A stretch of DNA of 64,000 nucleotides from Mustelus asterias (lineage: Eukaryota). This document shows positions 39,606 through 52,681 of the stretch, piece by piece (positions within the stretch are counted from its first letter, which is position 1; each line of letters starts with the position of its first letter). Location of the stretch: NCBI RefSeq assembly GCF_964213995.1, contig NC_135821.1:8432001-8496000 (forward strand). The letters run 5' to 3'. The notes under the pieces are model-generated. The model saw nothing but the letters and a program-made list of their open reading frames with translations. It had not been told where the DNA came from and did not search any database. A program made the translations under genes and the position numbers.

Positions 39606-40217
39606 CTGGGGCCGGGATCTTACCGCCCACCCCTCCATGGCGGGAATTGGAGAAGGTGAGGGGCAGGCAGTGGGACGGTCCTGGGGGCGGGATCTTACCG
39701 CCCACCCCTCCATGGCGGGAATTGGAGAAGGTGAGGGGCAGGCAGTGGGACGGTCCTGGGGGCGGGATCTTACCGCCCACCCCTCCATGGCGGGAATTGG
39801 AGAAGGTGAGGGGCAGGCAGTGGGACGGTCCTGGGGCCGGGATCTTACCGCCCACCCCTCCATGGCGGGAATTGGAGAAGGTGAGGGGCAGGCAGTGGGA
39901 CGGTCCTGGGGGCGGGATCTTACCGCCCACCCCTCCATGGCGGGAATTGGAGAAGGTGAGGGGCAGGCAGTGGGACGGTCCTGGGGGCGGGATCTTACCG
40001 CCCACCCCTCCATGGCGGGAATTGGAGAAGGTGAGGGGCAGGCAGTGGGACGTTCCTGGGGGCGGGATCTTACCGCCCACCCCTCCATGGCGGGAATTGG
40101 AGAAGGTGAGGGGCAGGCAGTGGGACGGTCCTGGGGGCGGGATCTTACCGCCCACCCCTCCATGGCGGGAATTGGAGAAGGTGAGGGGCAGGCAGTGGGA
40201 CGGTCCTGGGGGCGGGA
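39606..40217. repeat. 75-bp tandem repeat, ~8 copies
   Basis: Near-identical units GGGCGGGATCTTACCGCCCACCCCTCCATGG... Confidence 0.95.
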
Positions 40218-40481
40218 TGAGTGAGGCTGTAAAAGCCTGCCCCAGGAGTGATTTGGCAGTAGTCAGGAAGAACAGCCTGGGCTGGCTTTTCCCCTCTCCC
40301 AAACCCTGCTAAGCTGATTGTGACCATAGACCTCCTCTTGCCTGCAGCCCCAACCTCTGTTGCTGCCACATCGGTTCCCCAGCTTCAGTTAGGAGTGAAA
40401 AGTATCAATGTGTTTCATGTCTGGTCATTATCACACCAGTGACGCCTTCCCACACCCGGCCATCACTTCATTGCTTACTGA

Positions 40482-41122
40482 TTGTCCTTCATTGCGAGAG
40501 GGATGGAGTTTAAAAACAGCGAGGTTATGTTGCAGCTGTATAAGGTGCTGCTGAGGCCACACCTGGAGTACTGTGTACAGTTTTGGTCTCCTTACTTGAG
40601 AAAGGATATACTGGCACTGGAGGGGGTGCAGAGGAGATTCACTCGGTTGATTCCGGAGTTTAGAGGGTTGGCTTCTGAGGAGAGACTGAGTAGACTGGGG
40701 TTATACTCATTGGAATTCAGAAGAATGAGGGGAGATCTTATAGAAACATACAAGATGATGAAGGGAATAGATAAGATCGAAGCAGGGAAGTTGTTTCCAT
40801 TGGCGGGTGAAACTAGAACTAGGGGGCATAGCCTCAAAATAAGGGGGAGCAGATTTAGGACTGAGTTGAGGAGGAACTTCTTCACACAAAGGGCTGTGAA
40901 TCTGTGGAATTCCCTGCCCAGTGAAGCAGTTGAGGCTACCTCATTGAATGTTTTTAAGGCAAGGATAGATACATTTTTGAACAGTAAAGGAATTAAGGGT
41001 TATGGTGAGCGGGTGGGTAAGTGGAGCTGAGTCCATGAAAAGATCAGCCATGATCTTATTGAATGGCGCAGCAGGCTCGAGGGGCCAGATGGCCTACTCC
41101 TGCTCCTAGTTCTTATGTTCTT
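40482..41122 (+). mobile_element. CR1 LINE 3' fragment
   Basis: RPHLEYCVQFWSP..TRTRGHSLK. Confidence 0.92.
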
Positions 41123-41199
41123 AATGATGATCATTTTCTGCCATTGTGGTCTCTCTCTCTCTCTGATTTTTTGATCTCTTTTCTCCCCAACTCCTGCAG

Positions 41200-41456
41200 G
41201 TGAGAAACCCCATCAATGCAGCGTGTGCTGGCGGTCATTCTCGCTTAGGGACTACTTGATAAAGCACATGGTGACACATACAGGAGTGCGAGCGTACCAG
41301 TGTCCGGTGTGTAATAAACGCTTCACACAAAAGAGCTCCCTGAATGTGCACATGCGACTGCACCGTGGTGAGAAGGCCTTCGAGTGTCACGTCTGTAACA
41401 AGCGTTTCTCTCACAAGACTCTACTGGAGAGACACATGGCCACACATATTATATAA
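41200..41456 (+). CDS. ZBTB45: ZBTB45 last coding exon (C2H2 ZF2-4)
   Basis: [26 protein letters not shown]..; phase matches; 4 fingers in total; TAA at 41454-41456. Confidence 0.92.
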
Positions 41457-42429
41457 ACACACCTGTGGCAGGCTGAGCTGGGTAAATCCCACACACGCTG
41501 GATTTACCTGGGATCATTGCATACTGAGCAGACCAGGAGGTTTTACCCAGAGATAGAAACCAGCTAGAAAACAGCACTGGAACCACAGGGTGGGGAAGTG
41601 ATGAACAGAGCACGCCTCACTACCCCGCACCCCCTCCCCTCTTTAAACTAAAAAGCAACCCTCCCCATGTGGCTCAGTGAGTGGGGTGCAACGGCCAGAC
41701 TGACAGAGAACCGGAGGCTTGAATCTCGATCTATGTTGCGGTAACTAATCTCAGCCAGTCAGGATGCGTGGGTTTGTGTTGGCACCATGGGAGGGGGAAT
41801 CAGCCGGGATTCCTTGTGCATTAAAAGGTGTGTTGACATTGAGAGTCAACAGTTACGATGCCCCTCACGGTTAAATATTCCACTGATGGTTGGGGGATAG
41901 ATCCGGGGTGGTTTTCTGAGCTCCACACCACGTGACGATTAGGTAGGTAAAATTCCTGAAAACCCATTTTAAATAAATAGATTAAGGATATTGTTAAAAT
42001 TGTACACAGGAATTTGATACAAATTCATTGATCAGTGTTGTAAAGCTAGTAGCCAGAGAAACTTGAACATTTAGTGAGTTTGCAGAGGAGCAGGACTGAA
42101 AAACCTTCTCCAGCTCTAAGGCTCATTGTGGCTGCTTCACGGGTTAATCAAGTTCAGGCTTTAGCTGCAATATTTTATTTAATTATTAAATAATAATTGG
42201 AAGAGCCAACTAAACCAGCCATGCCTTAGTATTTTAAAACACTGCCTGAAATATTTAATTCTTTATAAATTAATAATGAGAGTGTGGTCTTTGCTGTGTT
42301 TAGGTAAATGCTGTTGAGAGTAAAATCCAGATCTCCGTGTTCGCTGTCTTTTCCAGTTGGTTGATGCTGCCTTGTTGCACCAGGTACCTGCAATGTGTTA
42401 GAAAGTACACAGACCAATGACACCCCTGC

Positions 42430-43408
42430 CTGCAATCTCATAGTGATCACACCCAGCAGATTCCTCGCAATCTCACAGTGATCACACCCAGCAGATTCCC
42501 TGCAATCTCACAGTGATCACACCCAGCAGATTCCCTGCAATCTCACAGTGATCACACCCAGCAGATTCCCTGCAATCTCATAGTGATCACACCCAGCAGA
42601 TTCCCCGCAATCTCATAGTGATCACACCCAGCAGATTCCTCGCAATCTCACAGTGATCACACCCAGCAGATTCCTCGCAATCTCACAGTGATCACACCCA
42701 GCAGATTCCTCGCAATCTCATAGTGATCACACCCAGCAGATTCCTCGCAATCTCACAGTGATCACACCCAGCAGATTCCCTGCAATCTCACAGTGATCAC
42801 ACCCAGCAGATTCCCTGCAATCTCACAGTGATCACACCCAGCAGATTCCCTGCAATCTCATAGTGATCACACCCAGCAGATTCCCCGCAATCTCATAGTG
42901 ATCACACCCAGCAGATTCCTCGCAATCTCACAGTGATCACACCCAGCAGATTCCCTGCAATCTCACAGTGATCACACCCAGCAGATTCCCTGCAATCTCA
43001 CAGTGATCACACCCAGCAGATTCCCCGCAATCTCATAGTGATCACATCCAGCAGATTCCCCGCAATCTCATAGTGATCACACCCAGCAGATTCCCCGCAA
43101 TCTCATAGTGATCACATCCAGCAGATTCCCCGCAATCTCATAGTGATCACATCCAGCAGATTCCCCGCAATCTCATAGTGATCACACACAGCAGATTCCC
43201 CACAATTTCACAGTGATCACACACAGCAGATCCCAGCAATTTCACAGTGATCACACACAGCAGATCCCAGCAATTTCACAGTGATCACACACAGCAGATC
43301 CCAGCAATTTCACAGTGATCACATCCAGCAGATTCCCCGCAATCTCATAGTGATCACACCCAGCAGATTCCCCGCAATCTCACAGTGATCACACCCAGCA
43401 GATTCCCC
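42430..43408. repeat. 35-bp minisatellite ATCTCACAGTGATCACACCCAGCAGATTCCCTGCA
   Basis: About 28 units. Confidence 0.95.
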
Positions 43409-46061
43409 TGGGTCCCAGTCAACTTTCTAGTTTTGGTGGAATTTCCTTCATTGGCAGTAAGTGCATCTAGGATTCTGCATACTGTGGTGATTGGTCCTTA
43501 GGCAGGGAGGGGGACTGTCTACCCTCACCCAGGTACCAGGTAAACCCAATAAGTACCCTTTGGTAATAGGCAGCTTTTTTAGCTCGTTGCTGGTCTGGCT
43601 TCCAGCTGGTATTTGCATGCTGTAAGAAAGCAAGGTATGCCGGTAATGTGGAGGCCGTAGGCCCACTGTATCTCATCACTGGCCTTGTGGTGGGCAATGG
43701 GGGTCCACGAGGCTGAGCAGTTGTCCTCTGTGTAAGGCTGGTTTTTTCCGGGGTACATTAGAGAGAGGAAAGTCATCAGTCTTTCTGCCCCTGATAATTT
43801 CCCAAGAGCTCTGATTGAAATGGTACATATACAGGCTTTGAGTAAGGACAGGCTCCACATTCCCTGTGGCCGTCTCTCTCCCATCTGACAGCACTTCCTG
43901 TTTAGGTAAATACAGCCACTTAGAGAAGTGAATGGTTGATGCCTGCTGCATAGGAAGATGAACATGAGGCTGTCTTTATAGGTGGAGGGAGAAATATGAA
44001 GGAGCCAAGACAACTCTCCTCGTAGTGATTACAAAGCCTCAGTTTGTAGGAATCTCTATATTACCCTGTCTTATTCTGGGTTTTGGAAGACAGTTTGTAA
44101 TTTATTGGTTCTGCAGGAAATTTGGGTCAGCGTTCCAGTCCAACCAGATAACATTTCTATAAAGGAGATAACCACAATACTGCAGCGAGTGATCCCAGGC
44201 CCCAGCTCACCTCGAAAGGGAAGCAGGGTCTGTCAGAGAGAGAGCTGCGGAAACAGGGAACTCAGCCCTGGATCTTTTAATGATTTCCCGACACTTCTCC
44301 CTCTTTCTGACCAGCCTGTTTCAGCTCTGTTTGTGGTTCTGGCTAAATCCTGATCTACAGCATTGCTCAGTTTTGAATCTAAATCTAACACCATGTTCTC
44401 GATAGATTACCCAGAGGTACGATACAATACAGCCCGGGCTTTTGTTCCTAATCCAAAATCAGTGCCAGGACTAGGACACTGCTATCACTGTTGATCATTG
44501 CTGATTAAGTATTTGACTCAAATCAGCATCTCTATATATTGGTCAACAACAGACTTACGCAGTGGAAGGTCCATTTAGTGTGTTGAAATGAGAGAAATTC
44601 TGTCAGTTTTTAATCAATGACCAAAGGATTCTGATACTGACTGGGACAATGTCGATGCTGCTAACCATATTTAATACTTTAAAATATCCCAGTCCTATGA
44701 GAGCAGGTCATTGCTGCACAAAGGGCTACTTTAGAAGTTCTCCAAACTAATTATTCTCCTTCCTAAAGAGATCTTAACACTCTCTGATTGCCCTTTCCCA
44801 TCCACCTGTCAATTTATCATTGGAATCACTTTCTCCGAATGCTGCAAGAGACTCTCGAACCGGGGGGTGCAGAATCTCATCCTGTTACAGAGCCCAAACC
44901 CATATTAAAACCAAACCAGCTGCACTAGTGCCTCCAGTGGGTGAATTCTACAACAGTGCTGCACTGAACCCCTCAGATCCCTCTTTCAAGCGAACCTTCT
45001 CCTGATCTTCACCCACTGCTTCCTGCTGGATGGGGAGTGCCTGGTTACTTTTGGGATAATGTTCGCTCTAATATTCCACTGTCATGTGTGGCCTGCTTGT
45101 TGCACTTTCAGAATGTTCCACATTGTTAAGCCACGCAGCCAAGGGGAAAGTTCACAGAGGAGCGGGTCACGAAGCCCCGGACCTGCTGGTTACCCACCCA
45201 TTGAGAGTGGCTGCCTTCTGGAGCACGGTAGCCGAGTTCAAAATAACCCAACTTCATTTTTCTAATCTCTTATTGTCTCCTAACTTTCCACATTTATTAC
45301 GAGGATAGTGGGAGCGTGAGATTGCCCCCCAGTTCACGAGCTCGACCCGATGGAAACATGCCCCGGGTGGAGGCTGGGTTTGGAGCTTTTTCCGATGGGT
45401 GATTAAAACCCTGGTCTCTGTTAGTACAAGAGGGATCCTCAAATACACTGAACCTTAATACTTAACCTTAACACTTGCTCTGCTATGTCCTGTGTCAACA
45501 CCATTGAGGGTAGTCTCACAGACTCTCCTATATCTTGCATAAGTGACTATTATTCATGTCTGAAGCCGTGGTGAGGGTCAGTGCACTGTACAACTGTGGA
45601 GAGCATAACAGACATTCCCAAATTGTCCCAATCCCATTTAACCAACTGTGGGATCCCAGTGAGCAGTAACAGGATGTCAGCTGTGGACCCACCAGCTCTG
45701 TGCATCTCCGAGACTCAGAACACTCTCTGAGGCATTGGGGCTGTTCCCCAAAGAAACGCAAAGATGGAGGGTGAAGAATGTTGATGCAAAGATGGACAGT
45801 AAGGAAAGGAATTGGAGGGGAAGGAAGACTAAAGAAATTTGACAACTATTAGCAAGACGTGTGTATTTAGGACGGGTGATGTGGGCAGAGAGAGCTATGC
45901 TGAAATTGGGGGTTGAGGAAATTGCACCTGTTCACTTTTTCTTACATTTCTCCTTGACACTGTCCAGAGTTCCTGCTCCTGATCACTTTCTCAGTACTCA
46001 CCATCTAATGCACAAATGAAAATAACTTCTTGGGTAATGGGCTAGAGGGTTCTTCAGTACC

Positions 46062-46612
46062 TGTCCCCCAGTGAGAGTCAGCACCTTCAGGAACTGTGTC
46101 CCAGTGAGAGTCAGCACCTTCAGGAACTGTATCCCAGTGAGAGTCAGCACCTTCAGGAACTGTGTCCCAGTGAGAGTCAGCACCTTCAGGAACTGTATCC
46201 CAGTGAGAGTCAGCACCTTCAGGAACTGTATCCCAGTGAGAGTCAGCACCTTCAGGAACTGTATCCCAGTGAGAGTCAGCACCTTCAGGAACTGTGTCCC
46301 AGTGAGAGTCAGCACCTTCAGGAACTGTATCCCAGTGAGAGTCAGCACCTTCAGGAACTGTATCCCGGTGAGAGTCAGCACCTTCAGGAACTGTATCCCA
46401 GTGAGAGTCAGCACCTTCAGGAACTGTATCCCAGTGAGAGTCAGCACCTTCAGGAACTGTATCCCAGTGAGAGTCAGCACCTTCAGGAACTGTATCCCAG
46501 TGAGAGTCAGCACCTTCAGGAACTGTATCCCAGTGAGAGTCAGCACCTTCAGGAACTGTATCCCAGTGAGAGTCAGCACCTTCAGGAACTGTATCCCAGT
46601 GAGAGTCAGAAC
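46062..46612 (-). repeat. 33-bp minisatellite, same unit as 36372-38965 but inverted
   Basis: CCCAGTGAGAGTCAGCACCTTCAGGAACTGTAT, ~16 units. Confidence 0.95.
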
Positions 46613-48394
46613 CTTGCCCACAGAAAGGTAGAAAAAGCGAGAAAGTATTCAAGGTGAAGAATGACTGTCAGCAGCAGAGAATTCAAAAGAAGAAATGAGA
46701 GATTCTTACAAAGAATCTGTTGTAGCAAAGTATTAAGCAGTTAAACAGTTGTACTGTATACTTGGTAGTGATGTAAGTGCTTCAGTACAAGAACTCCACC
46801 AGCTATTGCAACAGATTGTTATTGTAAATTGATTGGGTGTGTGTTTTTAATGAAGGTTTGTACTGTTTGATGTTTATGATGCACTAAGAGAATTTTTAAA
46901 GTATTTTATGATGTGAAAGTTAGTCTTCTTATAGACGTAGGGGGTAATGTCCACCCCACTGAAGGGGTCCTTTACTCATTGATGTATTTTATGGGTAGCC
47001 ACGATGTCTGAATTTCAATAAGTGCAATAGATTGTGGTGTGAAGCAACACATAAGCAGCTCTGGCCTCAGTCTGCCCGGGACTGCTGACCAGTGTGCTGT
47101 GGGTAAATCACCGCAGAACAGTGTCCGTGCTGCTTGTTATCCTGATTTCTTTCTGTCAGTGTTTGTAAGTTATAATGCCCACCTTTCAGCCAGTGCCGAC
47201 TGCACACGGGATGGAAGCAGAAATTTGTCTTTGCTTTGCTTTGCTACTGATGACAATTTATCAAAATACCTGAACTCAGATCACCATTGGACCATAGCAC
47301 AGGAGGAAATGGAGTTTGAAAAGCCAGCCTCTTAATGTCATCTCCTGGAAGCTGTTGGAATGCCTGCCTGAAGTTGATCAGCTGCCCACCGTTGGGTGGG
47401 CGGTAACCCTGGTCTGATTGTAATTGTTTTTTTATGCGGAGATTGCCAAACAGCTCTGACCAGGGAGTTGCTGAATGTGTGAGGTGTACTCTGCACATCT
47501 GTCTGTGTGACACCGGGCTCCACTCCACAAGTGACCTGAACCTACAGAAGCACCAGGAGATACAAATCGGATGTTCTCCTGGTCAAGTGCTCACAGCTGC
47601 CTTTATGCCCATGAGTGTGGGCCCATTCATTTAGCATTTTTTTATTTTTAATAAAAGATTTAAATGTGGATATTTGCTTCTGTATGTGATTCCTGGCAGG
47701 ACATGGGGTGAGTTCATTCCTTTAACAACAGGCCATCAGATCTGTGGCAGTGTTGCCGCTGGTACAGATGTCAGTTTTGTAAGCTTATGCCAATACCGAT
47801 ACATCATCCTCCTCCTTCAGGTACCAGGCCCTAAGAGGCCATTGGCAACCATAGATTTTCATTGGATTGGTCCATGATTATGCTTGGCAAAGTACTGCAG
47901 TAGTTTTGCCTTTCTCTAAAGTGGTGTGGCTGATTTGGGAACTCTAACTGCCTGCCATCAGGCACGTGGGAAGGAATTACAGGCTTGTACTCAAAACTGT
48001 TTGGCCCACTCTTTCCTTAGCCATCATGAGCTTCTGGCTCAGACGAAGGGCTGCACCACAAGATCTCCCACCGATACCTCATCCCATCAAAACAAAACTC
48101 ATTTTCCAGTTACAATTCCTGTTTGAAAGAGCGGATTCTAAAGTAGTATTGCTGGGTATTTCTCACACTTCAAGCATGCAATAATATCACTGGCCCACTA
48201 TTTCCTCAAATCTGCTGACGCACTGCATAGAGTCCGTGTGTTACTCAACTCAATTGTTCAGTTTTCATATCAAGGTGTTTGTCTCTTTGAATCATTTGGT
48301 CTGCTGCTGAATCTGCGTTAACCAATAACAAGAATGACAACCAAAAAATCCAAGGCACATTTTCATATTTACTGACTTTTTAAAGAAAACAAGA

Positions 48395-51295
48395 ATCAAG
48401 TATTTGCCTGAATGCACGAAGCATTCGGAACAAGGTAAATGAGTTGATGGTGCAAATCAGCACAAGTGGGTACGATCTAGTGGCCATTACAGAAACGTGG
48501 CTGAAAGGTGACCAGGACTGGGAGATGAATATCCAGGGGTATCAGGCGTTTAGGAAGAATAGACAGGAAGGAAAAGGTGGTGGGGTCGCGCTATTAATAA
48601 GAGATAATATCAGGGTAGTACTGAGGGATGACATAGGCTCTGAGGAACAAAACGTGGAATCATTATGGGTAGAGATGAGGAATAGTAGAGGGAGAAAGAC
48701 ACTAGTAGGTGTGGTATATAGGCCCCCAAATAATAATGTTGAGGTAGGGAGGGCTATAAACAAGCAGATAAGGGATGCGTGTAAAAACGGAACGGCAATA
48801 ATCATGGGGGACTTCAACATGCACATTGACTGGCAGACTCAAGTCGGTAAGGGTGGAATGGAGGAAGAGTTCTTAGAATGCTGTCGGGATAGTTTCCTTG
48901 AACAGCATGTTACGGAACCAACGAGGGAACGAGCTATTTTGGATCTGGTATTGTGTAACGAGGTAGGTAGAATTAAGGATCTTATTGTGAAGGACCCTCT
49001 TGGGTCTAGTGACCACAATATGGTCGAATTTCTGATTCAGATGGAAGAGGAGAAAGTTTGGTCCCAAACCAGTGTCCTCTGTTTGAACAGAGGGAAATAT
49101 GATAGGATGAGGGATGAATTGGCTAAGGTAGACTGGGAGAGCAGGCTGGCAGGTAGGATAGCTGAGGAACAGTGGAGGATTTTTAAGGAGATCCTTTTCA
49201 GTTCTCAGCAAAAATATATTCCAGCAAAAAACAAGGATTGTAAGAAAAGGGAGAACCAGCCGTGGATAACGAAGGAAATAAAGGAGAGTATTAAAATAAA
49301 AACAGCTGCGTACAGAGTGGCCAAAAATAGTGGAGAAACAAGTGATTGGGAAAAATTTAAGAAACAACAAAGAGAGACTAAGAAAGCGATAAAGAAAGGA
49401 AGGATAGACTATGAAGCTAGGCTAGCAATTAATATAAAAAATGATAGTAAAAGTTTTTATAAATATATAAAAAGGAATAGAGTGGCTAGAGTGAATGTTG
49501 GACCCTTGGAGGACGAGAGGGGGGAGTTAATAGTGGGAAATGAGGATATGGCTGAATCTTTAAATAAGTTTTTTGTGTCGGTCTTCACGGTGGAGGACAC
49601 AAATAGTTTGCCAAATATTAACGTTAGAGGGTTGGCAGCAGGAGAAATACTTAATACAATTAATGTTACCAGAGAGGCAGTGCTGGGTAGACTAATGGGA
49701 CTGAAGGTGGACAAGTCCCCGGGTCCGGATGGAATGCATCCCAGGGTATTGAAAGAAATGTCAGAGGTAATAGTGGATGCGTTAGTGATTATTTATCAAA
49801 ACTCGTTGCATTCTGGGGTAGTGCCGGTTGATTGGAAAACGGCTAATGTTACACCGCTGTTTAAAAAAGGAAGGAGACAAAAGGCGGGTAACTATAGGCC
49901 GGTCAGCTTAACGTCTGTAGTAGGGAAAATGCTGGAATCCATTATTAAAGAGGAGATAGCAGGGCATCTGGATAGAAATGGTTCGATCAATCAGACGCAG
50001 CATGGATTCATGAGGGGAAAGTCGTGCTTGACGAACATGTTGGATTTTTATGAAGATGTGACTAGGGCGGTTGATGGAGGAGAACCGGTGGATGCGGTGT
50101 TTTTGGATTTCCAAAAGGCGTTTGATAAGGTGCCCCATAAAAGGCTGCTGAAGAACATTAGGGCACACGGAGTTGGGGGTAGTGTGTTAAAGTGGATTGG
50201 GGACTGGCTATCCGACAGGAAGCAAAGAGTCGGAATAAATGGGTGTTTTTCCGGTTGGAGGAAGGTAACTAGTGGTGTGCCGCAGGGATCGGTACTCGGG
50301 CCGCAACTGTTTACCATTTATATAGATGATCTGGAGGAGGGGACGGAGTGTAGGGTAACGAAGTTTGCAGACGACACAAAGATAAGTGGAAAAGTGAATC
50401 GTGTGGAGGACGGAGAAGATCTGCAGAGAGATTTGGACAGGCTGAGTGAGTGGGCGAGGATATGGCAAATGGAGTATAACGTTGATAAATGCGAGGTTAT
50501 ACACTTTGGAGGAAATAATAACAAATGGGATTACTATCTCAATGGAAACAAATTAAAACATGCTACCGTGCAAAGGGACCTGGGGGTCCTTGTGCATGAG
50601 ACGCAAAAGCCCAGTCTGCAGGTACAACAGGTGATCAAGAAGGCAAATGGGATGTTGGCCTATATCGCGAGGGGGATAGAATATAAAAGCAGGGATGTCT
50701 TGATGCACCTGTACAGGGCATTGGTGAGGCCGCAGCTGGAATACTGTGTGCAGTATTGATCCCCTTATATGAGGAGGGATATATTGGCATTGGAGGGAGT
50801 GCAGAGAAGGTTCACCAGGTTGATACCGGAGATGAGGGGTTTGGATTATGAGGAGAGGCTGAGGAGATTGGGTTTGTACTCGTTGGAGTTTAGAAGGATG
50901 AGGGGGGATCTTATGGAGACTTATAAGATAATGCGGGGGCTGGATAGGGTGGAGGCGGAGAGATTCTTTCCACTTAGTAAGGTAGTTAAAACTAGAGGAC
51001 ACAGCCTCAAAATAAAGGGGGGTCGGTTTAAGACAGAGTTGAGGAGGAACTTCTTCTCCCAGAGGGTGGTGAATCTCTGGAATTCTCTGCCCACTGAGGT
51101 GGTGGAGGCTACCTCGCTGAATATGTTTAAAGCGCGGATGGATGGATTCCTGATCGGTAAGGGAATTAAGGGTTATGGGGATCAGGCGGGTAAGTGGTAC
51201 TGATCCACGTCAGATCAGCCATGATCTTATTGAATGGCGGGGCAGGCTCGAGGGGCTAGATGGCCTACTCCTGCTCCTATTTCCTATTTCTTAAG
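48395..51295 (+). mobile_element. CR1 LINE, near-complete ORF2 (APE endonuclease + RT)
   Basis: [36 protein letters not shown]; single TGA at 50757-50759. Confidence 0.95.
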
Positions 51296-51599
51296 TATGC
51301 AATTAAAATATTGTGAGCATTCAGCCATTAAATAGAATGTTAACACGCTTCAGAAAGAAATTGGATCTGGTGTGATTCAGTGTAGAGGGGTGGTTAAGTA
51401 TGAACTGAATTGTGATCTTTGCAGCAGGTTTGTGTTTAATTCAACTCTTAGTCAAAGCCCAGGTTTTTGTGCTTTTTTTAAACAGAGTAGTTGACGGCAC
51501 AGTCTGTTGGGTCAGATATTTTTTCAGAGTCCCAGTGCATTCTATTGCAAGATCTGAACATTTTGTGATATTGCCTTCTCTGTTGGGGAGGTGTAAATA

Positions 51600-51935
51600 G
51601 AACCATAGAATCCCTACAGTGCAGAAGGAGGCCATCCAGCCCATCGAGTCTGCATCAACTCTCTCAGGGAAAGAGGACTTTACCCAGGCCTACACCCGCC
51701 TTCCCCCCCGCCCTACCCTATCCCCATAACCCACACATTTACCATGGTTAATCCACCTAACCTACATATTGTTAGACACTAAGGGGCAATTTAGCATAGC
51801 CAATGCACCTAACCTGCATGTGGAAGGAACCCAGAAGAAACCCACGCAGACACGGGGAGAAAATGCAAACCCCACACAAACAGTGACAAGAAGGCAGAAG
51901 AGAACCCGGGTCCCTGGCGCTGTGAGGCAGCAGTA
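51600..51935 (-). mobile_element. HE1-like SINE, degenerate
   Basis: Homologous to other copies. Confidence 0.75.
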
Positions 51936-51974
51936 GCTATCTGCAGTTGAGCAAGTGCTAATCTCACTCAGGGC

Positions 51975-52440
51975 CCTGCCTGGGAGTGTTTGATGAGGAC
52001 AGTGCAGAGGGAGCTTTACTCTGTATCTAACCCCGTGCTGTACCTGTCCTGGGAGTGTTTGATGGGGGACAGTGTAGAGGGAGCTTTACTCTGTATCTAA
52101 CCCCGTGCTGTGCCTGTCCTGGGAGTGTTTGATGAGGTGGAGATGCCGGCGTTGGACTGGGGTAAACACAGTAAGGAGTCTAACAACACCAGGTTAAAGC
52201 CCAACAGGTTTATTTGGTAGCAAAACGCCGCTAGCTTTCGGAGCGCTGCTCCTTCGTCTCATGGGGACAGTGTAGAGGGAGCTTTACTCTGTGTCTAACC
52301 CCGTGTGGAGAGGTTGATGGGGACAGTGTAGAGGGAGCTTTACTCTGTGTCTAACCCCGTGTGGAGAGGTTGATGGGGACAGTGTAGAGGGAGCTTTACT
52401 CTGTGCCTAACCCCGTGTGGAGAGGTTGATGGGGACAGTG
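51975..52440. repeat. ~60-70-bp satellite GACAGTGTAGAGGGAGCTTTACTCTGTATCTAACCCCGTG
   Basis: About 5 units interrupted by a Penelope end. Confidence 0.85.
52137..52258 (-). mobile_element. Penelope 3'-terminal fragment with truncated hammerhead motif
   Basis: AACAACACCAGGTTAAAG..TTTGGTAGCAAA..AGCTTTCGGAGCGCTGCTCCTTCGTC matches the Penelope end. Confidence 0.8.
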
Positions 52441-52519
52441 CTTCTCGCTGTATCGGGAGTTCATTCCGATTTCATTCTTATTTTAAAGCAATGAGACCAA
52501 TCTGACCACGGCGGCCCCC

Positions 52520-52666
52520 ACAGCAGCGGCACTTCCGCCGTACAGTGCCGTCACATCCTCCGTCCTGTGATGTCACGTCCTGCTGTGGTGTCACTTCCTG
52601 CCGTGCGACGTTGCTTAAGAGACCCCGTAGCCGAGCCTCGCTCTCTTCCTCGGATTGAGGCGCGAG
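52520..52666 (+). promoter_or_regulatory. RPS11 promoter and 5' TOP tract
   Basis: ETS-like CACTTCC sites, CTCTCTTCCT pyrimidine initiator at 52641-52650, YY1-like AGATGGCGG over the ATG. Confidence 0.75.
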
Positions 52667-52681
52667 ATGGCGGACAACCAG
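52667..52681 (+). CDS. RPS11: 40S ribosomal protein S11 exon 1 (MADNQ)
   Basis: 15-nt coding exon, CAG|GTGCGG. Confidence 0.9.

Noticed and set aside
34592-41456. Calling the gene ZBTB20
   Set aside because: Four fingers rather than five, RSLLETLN.QRLGGHF motif and 19q13-type neighbours favour ZBTB45
33320-43408. CRISPR-like 33-35-bp repeats
   Set aside because: Units are contiguous with no unique spacers, no cas genes, vertebrate context
43440-44030. Possible retroviral env or pseudogene remnant
   Set aside because: Only a vague GTYWV similarity with many stops; unsupported without a search
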